From the NCBI GenBank assembly GCA_951406725.2, contig OX597830.1, positions 62,806,001 to 62,870,000 on the forward strand: 64,000 nucleotides of DNA. The letters run 5' to 3'. The notes below the pieces were generated by a model. It had not been told where the DNA came from. It did no database searches and saw only the letters and a list, made by a program, of their open reading frames with translations. This document shows, piece after piece, positions 39,598 through 50,976 of the stretch. Both the position numbers and the translations under genes were made by a program. The DNA comes from Octopus vulgaris (lineage: Eukaryota). The first letter of the stretch is position 1. Every line of letters starts with the position of its first letter.

Positions 39598-42156
39598 GGG
39601 AAAGCAAGCTTCTTACCACACAGCTACACCTGACAGGCTTCTTTCAGTTTCCATCTACTAAATCCACTCACAAGGCTTTGTTTGACTAAACCCTTCAAGG
39701 TGATGCTCCAGCATGGACATAGATAAGTGAGTGAAACAAATAAAAAAAAGACAAAGAAATGTAAGTGGACAGGTTCCTTAAAGACATCTACGCAAACTAT
39801 GTCATAAAATGTTTTCTCAATTTTTATCCTCTTCCTATTTAATGTTGTCTGTATAATTTTTTATTTATGCGCCCTTTTCAAGCCTAGCTAGGCTCCTGGG
39901 CCTGGTTTCCTGGTTTCTATGGCATATGCCCCCCCCCCAGCTGGACAAGATGCCAGTCCATCGCAGCATTACTCAAGAAACAGGAAGACAGAGTGAGAGA
40001 ATGTTGGGGCGAAAGAGTACAACAAGGGTTGCCCCCCCCCTGCTGAAGCCTTGTGGAGATTTTAGGTGTTTTTGCTCAATAAACACACACAACGCCCAGT
40101 CTGGGAATTGAAACCGCAATCCTCCAACCGTGAGTCCACTGCCCTAACCACTGGGCCATTGCGCCTCCACTATCTGTATAATGGTTATCATCAAATATCT
40201 GGTTTTATTTTCATTGTTTCACCAACAACATCCCTCGTTATATCACACACAGTAAATACAAGCCAATTGATAAAGAATATCAATGTTAATGAGACTGAGA
40301 GAACTCATTATACATGTAATTATATATCTAATTATATATGTAATAGGTACACAAAGGCTGTGTTATGGGGTCTTTTCTGTTGCTATTGCAGTTTTTGAAA
40401 TTTTAAAATTAAGTGAAAATTTCCAAATTTGAGATATTCTTTTCTACTCTAGGCACAAGGCCTGAAATATTGGGGGAGGGAGTCAGTTGATTAGATCGAC
40501 CCCAGTACGCAACTGGTACTTAATTTATCGACCCTGAAAGGATAAAAGACGAAGCTGACCATGTCAGAATTTGAACTCAGAACGTAAAGACAGATGAAAT
40601 ACTGGGAAGCATTTTGCCCCATGTGCTAACGTTTCTGCCAGCTTGCCACCTTCCAAATTTGGTATATTGATGTAGTGATGAGTTACAAATGCTCAGAAAA
40701 TAGGCACTCATCAAAGAAAATAGACAGGTAAAGAAAATACAGTTTGGCTTGTTACTATGGAAACAGGCACCAATGTGTCTGGGTTTTGATTAGCTAAAAT
40801 TACCTGAAATTTGCAAACTTTAAAAGCTATTAACTTTTTATTTATTAATTCATGGCAAAAATGAATTTCATTTCCATAATTAGCATATAAAACTGCATCA
40901 GTATACCAAATTTGAAAACAAGAGGAACAAAATTTTAAAAAATAGAAAACTGTGAGAGCAAAAGAAAAAATCTGTGTTGTGAATGAACTCTTTGGCATTC
41001 GGGTTACTCAGTCAAATGTAATTCTTAGTTATTCACATTGTTTTGAATCTGTCATGCATTATCTTGTAGCTTCAAGATTTCAATAAGATAATTGTCTATT
41101 TTTAGAACAATATTGTAGGGTGAGTGTGAGAGGCTGGATATCACCAGTTTGAACATAAAACGTAGAATAATTGGGCTGGTTATGGTCAGTTTAAATGCTA
41201 AAGAGTTAAACAAGCTTTTAGACCAGTTCAAATACATTTAGGACACATTTGACCTGTAGCACATCCATCTTCACTGTGGTTTTACCATGGAGAAAACCAA
41301 AAGTTTTCTCCACAGCAAAGTGCAGTAAAAAGGGCATTTTTACAAATCAGATACATCCCATACATATTTGAACTGATCTAAAAATTTGTTTAACCAATTA
41401 TATATTCAGAAATCTCATTGAGAACAAAAGCCATAGTCAAATAGTTCTTGTTATGATGCCTCTCAGGAAATTTCTGTGTTTTATGCTAATATAATTTCTA
41501 ATCTTTAAATTATACATAATGAAGATGAATAATTCCTGTGAAGTCAATAACATGTTAATATTATTGCATGCTTGATGGTTCTACATTAATTCATGAAATT
41601 GAAGGTTTTGGCACAATCTGGAAGATTAAAAGGTTTTATAGATTAAGATTTTTTCTTAAAGAGAAATATCGAGCCATGTTATTTTGCTAATACACATTAA
41701 AGTAATGGCCTTAGTGAAGCTGTGGAAACTATTAATTAATAAACATCTTTTAGAAGAAATTCCTCCTGGAAACAATATTCGACACTCTTCTATGGAAACA
41801 GTGGAAAAGGTAAATGGAAATCTCAGAATATGTAGAAACCATTAAGTAAGTCATCATCATCATCCTCACCACCATCATTATCATCATCGTCATCACTACC
41901 ACCACCATCACCATCACCTTCATCATCATCACCACCACAACCAACACCATCAGCAGCAGCCGCAACATCGTCACCGCAACAACCACCACTACCTTCATCG
42001 TCATCATCATCATTATCATCATCATCATCATCATCATCACCACCACCATGACTACAACCACCATCATCATCATCATCATCATCACCACCACCACCATCAC
42101 CATCACCATCATCATTTAACGTCATTCTTTTTTCCCATGCTGGCGTGGGTTGGATA

Positions 42157-42678
42157 CCATAAATCCTTGAATATAGTCTGCCCTTGAGTATAATACGCAG
42201 GGGATTTTTAGGAGGTTGTTCTTCTGAAAAACCTAAACCTTGTGTATAATACGCACCCCTTCTCAAACTTGAGTTGTGCGTAATTAAGCCAGCAACACCT
42301 AGTCAAACAAATACTTCCGCGCATGCATAATACAATAATGGTGATGTTCTTATCTGTCATATGGGAATGTAAATATGTTTGCAAATTGTTTTTGTTACAT
42401 GTTATTCTGTGTTCTGAATACTTTTATTTTAATAAATGTTGCTTATTGCAAGTTATGGATGATTCTTTTAGAACTTCATTGCTTTCAGGCTTAGCTTAAG
42501 GTATTTTCGTGCCCGACATCACAAAATGCCTCTGAATAAACATTGCCGCACAGCAAATAGAGACTCGGACATTGCTTAGAAAATATTTTTCATTTTTAAC
42601 CTTGTATATAGTACGCACTGGGGATTTTGACCTTTAAATTTTGGGGAAAAAATGCAGATTAAACTCAAGGATTTACAG
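42157..42678. mobile_element. TA-flanked Tc1/mariner-superfamily MITE inserted in a family C SINE
   Basis: TIRs ccataaatccttga / tcaaggatttacag; SINE sequence gggttgga...gttgaacagg resumes after it. Confidence 0.7.
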
Positions 42679-44694
42679 TAGTTGAACAGGAACCAATGAG
42701 CCAAAGGGCTATGCTGAGCTCCACTGTCTTCTTAGGCATTATTTCTACAGTGGAGACATGTGGCTTAGCGGTTAGGCTGTTGGACTCATGATTTGCAAAA
42801 TTGTGGTTTTGATTCCTGGACCAGGCAATGTTTTGTGCTCTTGAGCAGAACACTTCATTTCACATTGCCCCAGTCCACTCAACTGGCAAGAATGAGTAAT
42901 CCTGTGACAGACTGGAGTCCCATCCAGGAGGGAAATATATATATGCCATGGAAACCAGGAAACTGGCCCTTATGAGTCACTGTGACTCAAGAAGGTAGCT
43001 TTACTTTATGTTTTACCATCATTTCTATGGTTGGATACCCTTCCTAACACCAACCACTTTATAGAGTGTGTTGGGTGCTTTCCTTTTCATGGTATCAGCA
43101 CTGGTGGGGTCACCAAGTACTTGCAAGAAAAAAACCTTCTTAACTAAGGGAGAATTATAGAGAGGGATAAGGAAATGATAGAGAGAGAGAGAGAAACAAG
43201 TGTCTTGCTGAAGAGGTGAATGCATAGCTTCTCCATCAGGAGAGAGAGAGAGAGAGAGAGAGATGAAGTCAAGGTACAAAGTGAATATGAGAAAGAGAAC
43301 AGGGATAGAAGAAAAAAAAAGGTGAGTGGGTACGTGTGCTGGAGAGAAAGGAGTGTAACAAGTAATTAGAGATGGGGATTGAGGTGAATACAATGAGCAT
43401 CAGTCTGGTGGAAGTGAAAAACAAATTGGTTCAGATTTTTAACCAAGTTCAAACACTGAATCACTATTTTTATTCTCTTTCTGGCATGAATGATTTTGAT
43501 AAATTTCATTTAAACATAACAGAAATGTGTTACGAAGCAAGAGAAGTGAGTTTGGTAAATGCACCAATGGCCTTTTAAGACGGACATGTCTTCCATGCGG
43601 AATTAAAACAACCAACACCACGTTTCAGAACAGAAGGTCATCGATCATATTATTGGAAATGATATTGGTAATATTATTATTATTCCTCAAGATGATGTAT
43701 GTGTTGAAGCTGCCAAAACTGTTGGAAATCTATTAATCAAGGTAGATAGAATCATAAAGCAACATAAGTTACAATCACTAGGTATGGTGATCAATCAAAC
43801 TAAATCTGTATCAGAGACTGCTGAATTGCCTTTGAGATGATAAAGACTAATAAGGAGGTAGATGTCACTAGATTATTGGGTGGAATTCTGGTTTAAGCAT
43901 CCTGTATAATGCCTCAGAGTTTTTACTTTTTGGAATTACCACGATATTTTTGCAAATTTGTGTTGTACACATGAAAATTCGTTTTTTGAAAATACTTTTT
44001 TAAAGATCTTCTTCCACCATAAATCCTAAAATTTCCTTTCATTTTCAAATTTTTTTTTTTCCAAATCAGAGTTTAAAATGTGGACAGTCTGAACTTTTTG
44101 CTTAAATCCCAGCAATTGAGCACCCTTGGGTGCATCGTCATTCCACTAAATGTGTTTATGAGGAGAAAAATACTGAAAAATATCAATACATGTCAGAGAG
44201 GCAAAGAAATTAGGACGATATCAGGTGGTCGTGGGACGTGCTAAAAACAACAGCTAAATTGTCCTTAAATCACACACGCAGAATAAAAGTTTTAACCTCG
44301 TATATAGTACGCACTAGGGATTTTGACCTTTAAATTTTGGGAAAAAAATGCGGATTAAACTCAAGGATTTACGGTAGTTGAACAGGAATACAAAATTGCA
44401 AAAATTTTCTAAAACTTCTTAAAAATATAAAACCTATGAGAAGTTATATGGGGTACTTAAACCCGAATTTTGTTAATTATTGTTTAGTAGGGAGAATATA
44501 TCATCATCATCATCATCCTCATCACCATCACCATCATCACCATCACCATCATCAACATCACCATCATCATCATCATCATCATCATCATTTAACATCCATC
44601 TTCCATGCTAGCATGGGTTGGATGGTTTGACAAATTCCAAGCTGGAAGACTACGTTAAGAACCAATGTTTGCTTTGTTATGGTTCCTATAACTC

Positions 44695-45015
44695 AATGGT
44701 TCTCAACTATTTTTTTTACCTGTGGATCCCTTTGATTCTTATTTATTCTAGTGGACCCCCATAGCCACTGGATATTTAAAAACTAGGTTTATAGATACTT
44801 CTTTCAAACTGCCTATTTTTTTTCCAAACATTAACTTACATAACTTGAGCTATATAAAATGTCAGAGGAAGAAACCAAGCTATTTCTTGTAATGAATGCA
44901 TTGAAAGCATAACCTTTTAATGGACCCTTTAACTACTACTGTGGACCCCTAATTTACTATTGTGCTTGCATAGACCACCAAAAATCTTATATGGACCCTC
45001 AGGGTTGAGAACCAC
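44695..45015. mobile_element. hAT-like MITE
   Basis: Termini caatggttctcaac / gttgagaaccact; related pieces near 15530-15640, 45430-45556, 60587-60800. Confidence 0.6.
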
Positions 45016-45894
45016 TTATCTAGAGTAAGTTGTTGATGTATTGAAAAAAGATTGGGGTAAGAAAAGCCAAATCGTGAGCAATGAGTTTTCAGCTGCAGGA
45101 AATTTGTACTGTTGCTCTTAGCATCAGCAAAACTTGACTGTGTCTGGCACACGATCTTTTAGGAAAACTGTACTGGATATTGTCATGTAAAAAGCATCCT
45201 CTACACTCTATCTAGTGGTTGGTCTTAGGTAAGGTATCCAGTTATAGCAATGATTCTCATCCAGGGTTGAGAAAAGATTTTGTGGGATCCATGGTTGCAG
45301 AATAGTAAATTTGATAATCATGGTAATATTTTTGGGTTGCGTGAAAAAAATTATCTGTTTATTGCAAAAAACAGCTGTTTCTTTCTCTAACATTATACAT
45401 GGTTCAAACTACACACGTGAATGTGTGTAGAACAAAATAGGAATTTTGAAAGCAGTATCTATAAAACTAGTTTTAAACATGGAATGACTACAGGGGTCCA
45501 GCAGAATAAGATAGTAATCAAAGGGGTCGTAGATAAAAAATGATTGAGCATCACTGATTTAGATGGCACATTGCTATTTGTAACAGTTATTAAATGCGTT
45601 CTATTTTTGTGGGGATTTCAAAAACAAAAGGTATTTTGAGGAGATAAAGCTGCTGTCGGCCATATTTATGTTACCACAAAATAAATAACTGTAAATGCAG
45701 ACATTGGTGTGTGGTTTAGGAGCTTGCTTTACAGCCATGTAGTTTCAGGTTCAGTCCCACTGCACAGCACCTTCAGTAAGGGTCTATAGCCTTTGACCAA
45801 TCAATGCCTCGTGGGTGTTGAATCTCATTGTTTATATGTGTGTGTTTGTGATTCCAGGTTTTGATTCCAAGCCTGAAATTTCCTCTCTCATTCC

Positions 45895-46440
45895 ACAACA
45901 GTTTCAGCTATAAGAACAAGACCATCAGCATAGAGGAGCTCCCACAGACAACCAGTCTTAGACTCTTCTGTTATGACCTGGAGGACGATGGTAAATAGAA
46001 AGAGACTGAGACGCAAACCATAGTGAACACTTACTTGCACACTAAACTTGTGGCTCATTTCCAGTATTTGTCTTACTAACAGACTGACACAATTTCAGTA
46101 CCTGGCTTGGATGGCCCAAACTAGCCATTTGTCTATTTCTAGCTTCTGCAATGACCACCAGATGGAATGAGAAACCCTTTCAAAATTTTTCTCCGTGTTG
46201 ACAAATACGAAGTGCAGTAGTTTACTTTTGGCTAAATGCATCTTTTGTTGTTGCATTACAAGAAAGAGAGCATCAGAAGTGTTTCTCCTTGGCACAAAAC
46301 CAAACTGCATCTCATCTAGGCTAACTCTCTTCCTAACGAGTTCAGCTAATAACCCCTACTGTAACTTCCATTACTTGGTGCGGCAATTTGATATTTTTGT
46401 GTTTACTTCTCTGCAAGGCAATTCCTTTATCCAAGCAACA
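45895..46440 (-). pseudogene. Decayed RTE-clade LINE reverse transcriptase fragment
   Basis: LDEMQFGFVPRRNTSDALFLV...FVNTEKNFERV...LFLFTIVLQVITEESKTGCLWELLYADGLVLIA (degenerate YADD). Confidence 0.85.
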
Positions 46441-46727
46441 GTTGACTGTAATGCTAATATATACAGTATAATATAAATAAATACATGTGTGTGTGTGTGC
46501 GTATTTATGCTTATGGGAACTGGCTTCCCGCTGTAGAAACTGCAGAGTAACAGCTTCTCTGGACCAGCCCAAATCTTGTTCACTGTTTTTGAAATCTGCA
46601 ATGTGAAACTTGTGAGTAAACAGCTGTTGAAAAAAACACCATTCTACTGTTGTTGTTGTTGTTGTTGTTGTGCATGCATGTGTGTGTGAATATATGTATA
46701 CATACGCATATGCATGTGTGTGCATGA

Positions 46728-47200
46728 ATCGTGGCCGTTTGCCAGCTCTGACTGGCACCTGTGCGGGTGGCACGTGAAAAGCACCCACTACACTCACGGA
46801 GTGGTTGGCGTTAGGAAGGGCATCCAGCCATAGAAACACTGCCAGATCTGACTGGGCCTGATGAAGCCTTCCGGCTTCACAGACCCCAGTTGAACCGTCC
46901 AACCCATGCTAGCATGGAAAGCGGACGCTAAATGATGATGATATATATACACACATATCTGTATATACATACATAGATATATGTGTGTGTGTGTGTATGT
47001 ATATATATATATATATATATATAAAAAAGCACCCACTACACTCACGGAGTGGTTGGCGTTAGGAAGGGCATCCAGCCGTAGAAACACTGCCAGATTTGAC
47101 TGGGCCTGATGAAGCCTTCTGGCTTCACAGACCCCAGCAGAACCGTCCAACCCATGCTAGCATGGAAAACGGACGCTAAATGATGATGATGATGATGATG
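46728..47200 (+). mobile_element. Two tandem, near-identical family C SINE copies
   Basis: 46778-46942 versus 47025-47200, separated by (TA)/(TG) repeats. Confidence 0.8.
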
Positions 47201-47204
47201 ATAT

Positions 47205-47285
<81 letters not shown>

Positions 47286-47801
47286 TTTATATATACACAC
47301 ATGTGTATGTATACACTTAAATATATGTATATATACATAGATATATACATATATATGCATATGTTATATGTGTATACACACACACGTGTGTGGGTGTAAA
47401 CATCTGATTTTTCGCCAAATTCCCGATGATTTTTTTTGTTCTTTGTAAAACGTAACTGTGCACGTATCTTGATATACACAATAATGTAAATACATCTGTC
47501 ATGTGACTTCAGTCACATTTGCATATGACATCATAGCAACTTAATTTTCTACTTGTAGTCAAAACAACTTTATCTTAAGTTAAATATATTCAAAGAAGCT
47601 GATGGTTAGTATGTTGAAAGAAGCTGATAATGTAACTAACGAAAATATTATTGTTTGACTAATTAACTTTCTATGAAAATGCAGTTCGCGAAGTTATATT
47701 AGATATCTGCATTAACTCACACACACACACACACACACACACACATGCTCACACACACACACACATGCTCACACACACACACACACACATATGGGTGTGT
47801 A

Positions 47802-47849
<48 letters not shown>

Positions 47850-47853
47850 CATA

Positions 47854-48744
47854 CAGGGTGTTCCAGAAGTCTTGGGCACATTTTGACATTGAATATCTCA
47901 AAAACTATTAAGGACATAAAAATGCATCTGATATATTCTGAAAGCCTGCAACTTCAAGTTTTTTATGAAATGTTCAAAGATGTTCAATGTGAGAACCGTT
48001 GGTCACACAGCACACATCAAGCCGATGGTCCAATTCTTGCCAAACGTGTTCCAGCATTGCGTTTTCGATGGTTGCAACAGCTTTCGTTATTCAGGCCTTC
48101 AGTTCATCCACGTCTTTTGGAAGGGGAGGCACATAGACCAGTCCTTTCACAAATGCCCTCAATAAGAAATCACAGGGTGTGAGATCTGGAGACCAGGGAA
48201 GCCAGGGCATGAGAACGTGATCATCTCGCCCAGACCATCCAATCCATCTGTCTGGCAGTGTTGTGTTCAGATACTGTCTAACCCTGAGGCTCCAGTGCAG
48301 TGGCGCCCCATCCTGTTGGAAAATGAAGTCCATACTGGCTCTTCTGATTGATTTACAGGGGCTCTGCTTGAAGGCAGTTTGAACTCGCTCACCCATATCA
48401 TCTGAAGTTGAGGGGTGTTCTGTTCTCTTAGCTGGGCACAAACACCCATCCTTCATGAATTTACCATGCCATCTCTATATGGACTTCTGTTCTGGTGCTT
48501 CTTTTCGGAGTTTTGTGCGAAATGCACATTGAACAAGTGTCCATGATTCAGTTTTTGCAAATTCAAGGCCGCAAAACGCCTTTTCTGGTTGAGTGAATGC
48601 CATTACTGGATCTGAAAAAAATATGAAAAAATCATTAGCATTACAAAAAAACTTAATGAATTTAGCTTTAAAATGGTACCAGTTTCATCATAGTCCAGCA
48701 GATATGAGGACTTGAAATGTGCCCAAGACTTCTGGAACACCCTG
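47854..48744 (-). mobile_element. Internally deleted rosa/DD41D-like Tc1/mariner transposon
   Basis: TIRs cagggtgttccagaagtcttgggcacattt / aaatgtgcccaagacttctggaacaccctg, TA flanks; FQQDGAPLH...WSPDLTPCDF; ATG at 48603. Confidence 0.9.
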
Positions 48745-48868
48745 TATATATGTATATATATATACCGGAGTAAACACATAAATGTGAAATAAGGTGGAAA
48801 AAAGAATACTCAAATACCAGTGGTAGAGTAATATGCTTTATTTTAAGCAGCAGAAAATTCAACAAAAT

Positions 48869-48906
48869 CTGTTACTCTGAGTTTCTCGTTGCCGTTCATC
48901 AGACAG
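48869..48906 (-). ncRNA. Minimal type I hammerhead ribozyme motif in the left arm of a palindrome
   Basis: CUGU-CUGAUGA-A-CG-GCAA-CG-A-GAAA-CUC-A-GAG-UA-ACAG. Confidence 0.75.
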
Positions 48907-48922
48907 TTTTTTCTAGCAAAAA

Positions 48923-48960
48923 CTGTCTGATGAACGGCAACGAGAAACTCAGAGCAACAG
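48923..48960 (+). ncRNA. Mirror-copy hammerhead motif with U16.1->C change (probably inactive)
   Basis: Identical to 48869-48906 except GCA replaces GUA (position 48955). Confidence 0.6.
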
Positions 48961-48992
48961 ATTTTGTTGAATTTTCTGCTGCTTAAAATAAA

Positions 48993-49025
<33 letters not shown>

Positions 49026-49026
<1 letters not shown>

Positions 49027-49892
49027 GAGGTCTGATCAACAAGTATCTGGACTGTTGCCATAGTAAGTAAGCTAAAGTACATAGAATGAAACCACTTGGT
49101 GCAAGTTGACCTTGACCTCTGCTGTGCATGTACACTAAGTTTTAACATTCTAGCTTATTTCCATTGTTTACAGCAGCGCTTTGAAGTAACGTAACGTGTG
49201 ATCGTTGCATTGACCACGACAGAGAAAGATATCATGGCGATACCTGCTCGGAGGCCTACTCAAAGTTGCAGAATGTGTATGGAGGGGAGTGTATGAGCCA
49301 CACACAAGTGAATGAGTGGTTTAGACATTTCCAAGATGGCTGAAAGAATGTCAATAGTGCCAAACATTCCGGGAGACCTGCTACCAACAGAACTGAGAAA
49401 AACATCACAGATGTGCATACAGCTGTGAGGGGAAATCGTCAAATCACCATCCGTGAGTTATCAGAGGATATAAAGATTAGTTACGGTTCAGTTCAGTCTA
49501 TTATCACTGAAGATTTGGGTATGAGACGCATGTCTGTCGAGTTTGTGCACAAACTGCTTTCAGCTGACCAAAAAGACACTTGGGTTTCAGTTGCATAAAA
49601 TCTCCTTGATTGCATTGAGAACGATGAAAACTATTTGAAAACTTTGTGTAGGCAAAATATGATGCAAATTCTCTGCTGAACCTTCTCTGTCATGGACAAT
49701 GTGACAATCTCATGCTACACACCTTCCTTCCTTCCAAGCACTGCTGTAAACAGGAGAAGTGAGCCTAAAACGTTAAAACTTAGTGCACATGCACAGCAGA
49801 GTTCAAGGTCAATCTGTGTCAAGTGGCTTCACTCTGCGTGCTTTAGTTTCGTTACTATGGTAACAGTCCGGATACTTATTGATCAGATCACG
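49026..49892 (+). mobile_element. Non-autonomous mariner derivative with ~165-bp inverted termini
   Basis: cgaggtctgatcaacaagtatctggactgtt... / ...aacagtccggatacttattgatcagatcacg; internal NRQITIRELSEDIKISYGSVQSIITEDLGMRRMS. Confidence 0.85.
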
Positions 49893-49896
49893 TATT

Positions 49897-50008
<112 letters not shown>

Positions 50009-50206
50009 CAGACAGAGAAGAAAAATGTTTATAATTATGAACAAATCACAATTATAACTAAGAGGGTTAAAAGAAACCTCATATGTTAAAAATAGCAGCC
50101 AAAACCACTTTAAGGCCATTATATCACTCATATTATTTCTCCTCATGATAAAAACTATCTTTGGGCACATGGCAAATGGAATCCACAACTTGAAAATAAT
50201 TGGTTA

Positions 50207-50270
50207 ATTCCCTATTGCAATTTCAGCATTAGGGACCACTTAAAGACCCATTCACCTCGTCAGGGGGAAT
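50207..50270 (-). ncRNA. Type I hammerhead ribozyme motif
   Basis: AUUCCCC-CUGACGA-GGUG...UGCU-GAAA-UUGCAA-UA-GGGAAU; palindromic stem III, AUA triplet; inside a microsatellite-flanked element (~50016-50378). Confidence 0.7.
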
Positions 50271-50374
50271 ATTCCTATAGATAGAAATTAAAACATGTTT
50301 GACCATTGATATATTCATAAATAATCTCAATTATTTATATTATATCCTTCGTAATGTTTTTACATTACTCTCTA

Positions 50375-50437
<63 letters not shown>

Positions 50438-50526
50438 TACCATAATATCACTATCAAGCAGTATTTAGGCATATGCAAACTTTAGGTTAGTTAAAATATG
50501 TTTGTGACATATATCAACTGCTAAAA

Positions 50527-50795
50527 GGCAAATTCACTGCAGTTTCTTTGAAGAAAAATTCTCTCTTATTATAAGAAGGTGTAAGAACATCATGTCTGCT
50601 CAGTTAAAGCCATGGCTTTGATAAGGTCTGTCCAGAGTTGCATCTCTTAGGTATTTCCCATTGATCATGGTTAAAAAGCTAGAAGCATTGATGTCTGGGA
50701 ATCTGATAGGTGGTGACTCTGGGCAGACATGGCGTTTTTACACCTTTTTACCATAAGAGAGAATTTTTCTCCACAGTAACTGCAGTGAATTTGGC
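50527..50795. mobile_element. MITE with ~75-bp TIRs
   Basis: caaattcactgcagtt...catgtctgctcag / ctgggcagacatg...aactgcagtgaatttg. Confidence 0.75.
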
Positions 50796-50913
50796 CCCCA
50801 CAGACAACCAGTCTTAAACTCTTCTGTTATGGCCCGTCGATCCTTGAACACGCAGGTATGGCTAACCAATGGAGATGGGCTAACGCACCTCGTGCTCAGC
50901 AAGCATGACGCAG

Positions 50914-50976
50914 CGAGTCACACAACCCGGACACAGAGAGTCACACAACCCGGACACAGAGAGTCACACAACCCGG
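50914..50976. repeat. 23-bp tandem repeat, about 3 copies
   Basis: gagtcacacaacccggacacaga. Confidence 0.85.

Noticed and set aside
43372-43840. Protein-like open frames in unique sequence
   Set aside because: No recognisable domain and no convincing splice pair
46858-46885. CTGATGA followed by a hairpin (also at ~47106)
   Set aside because: No GAAA or stem III; a variant of the SINE sequence cctggtgcagcc
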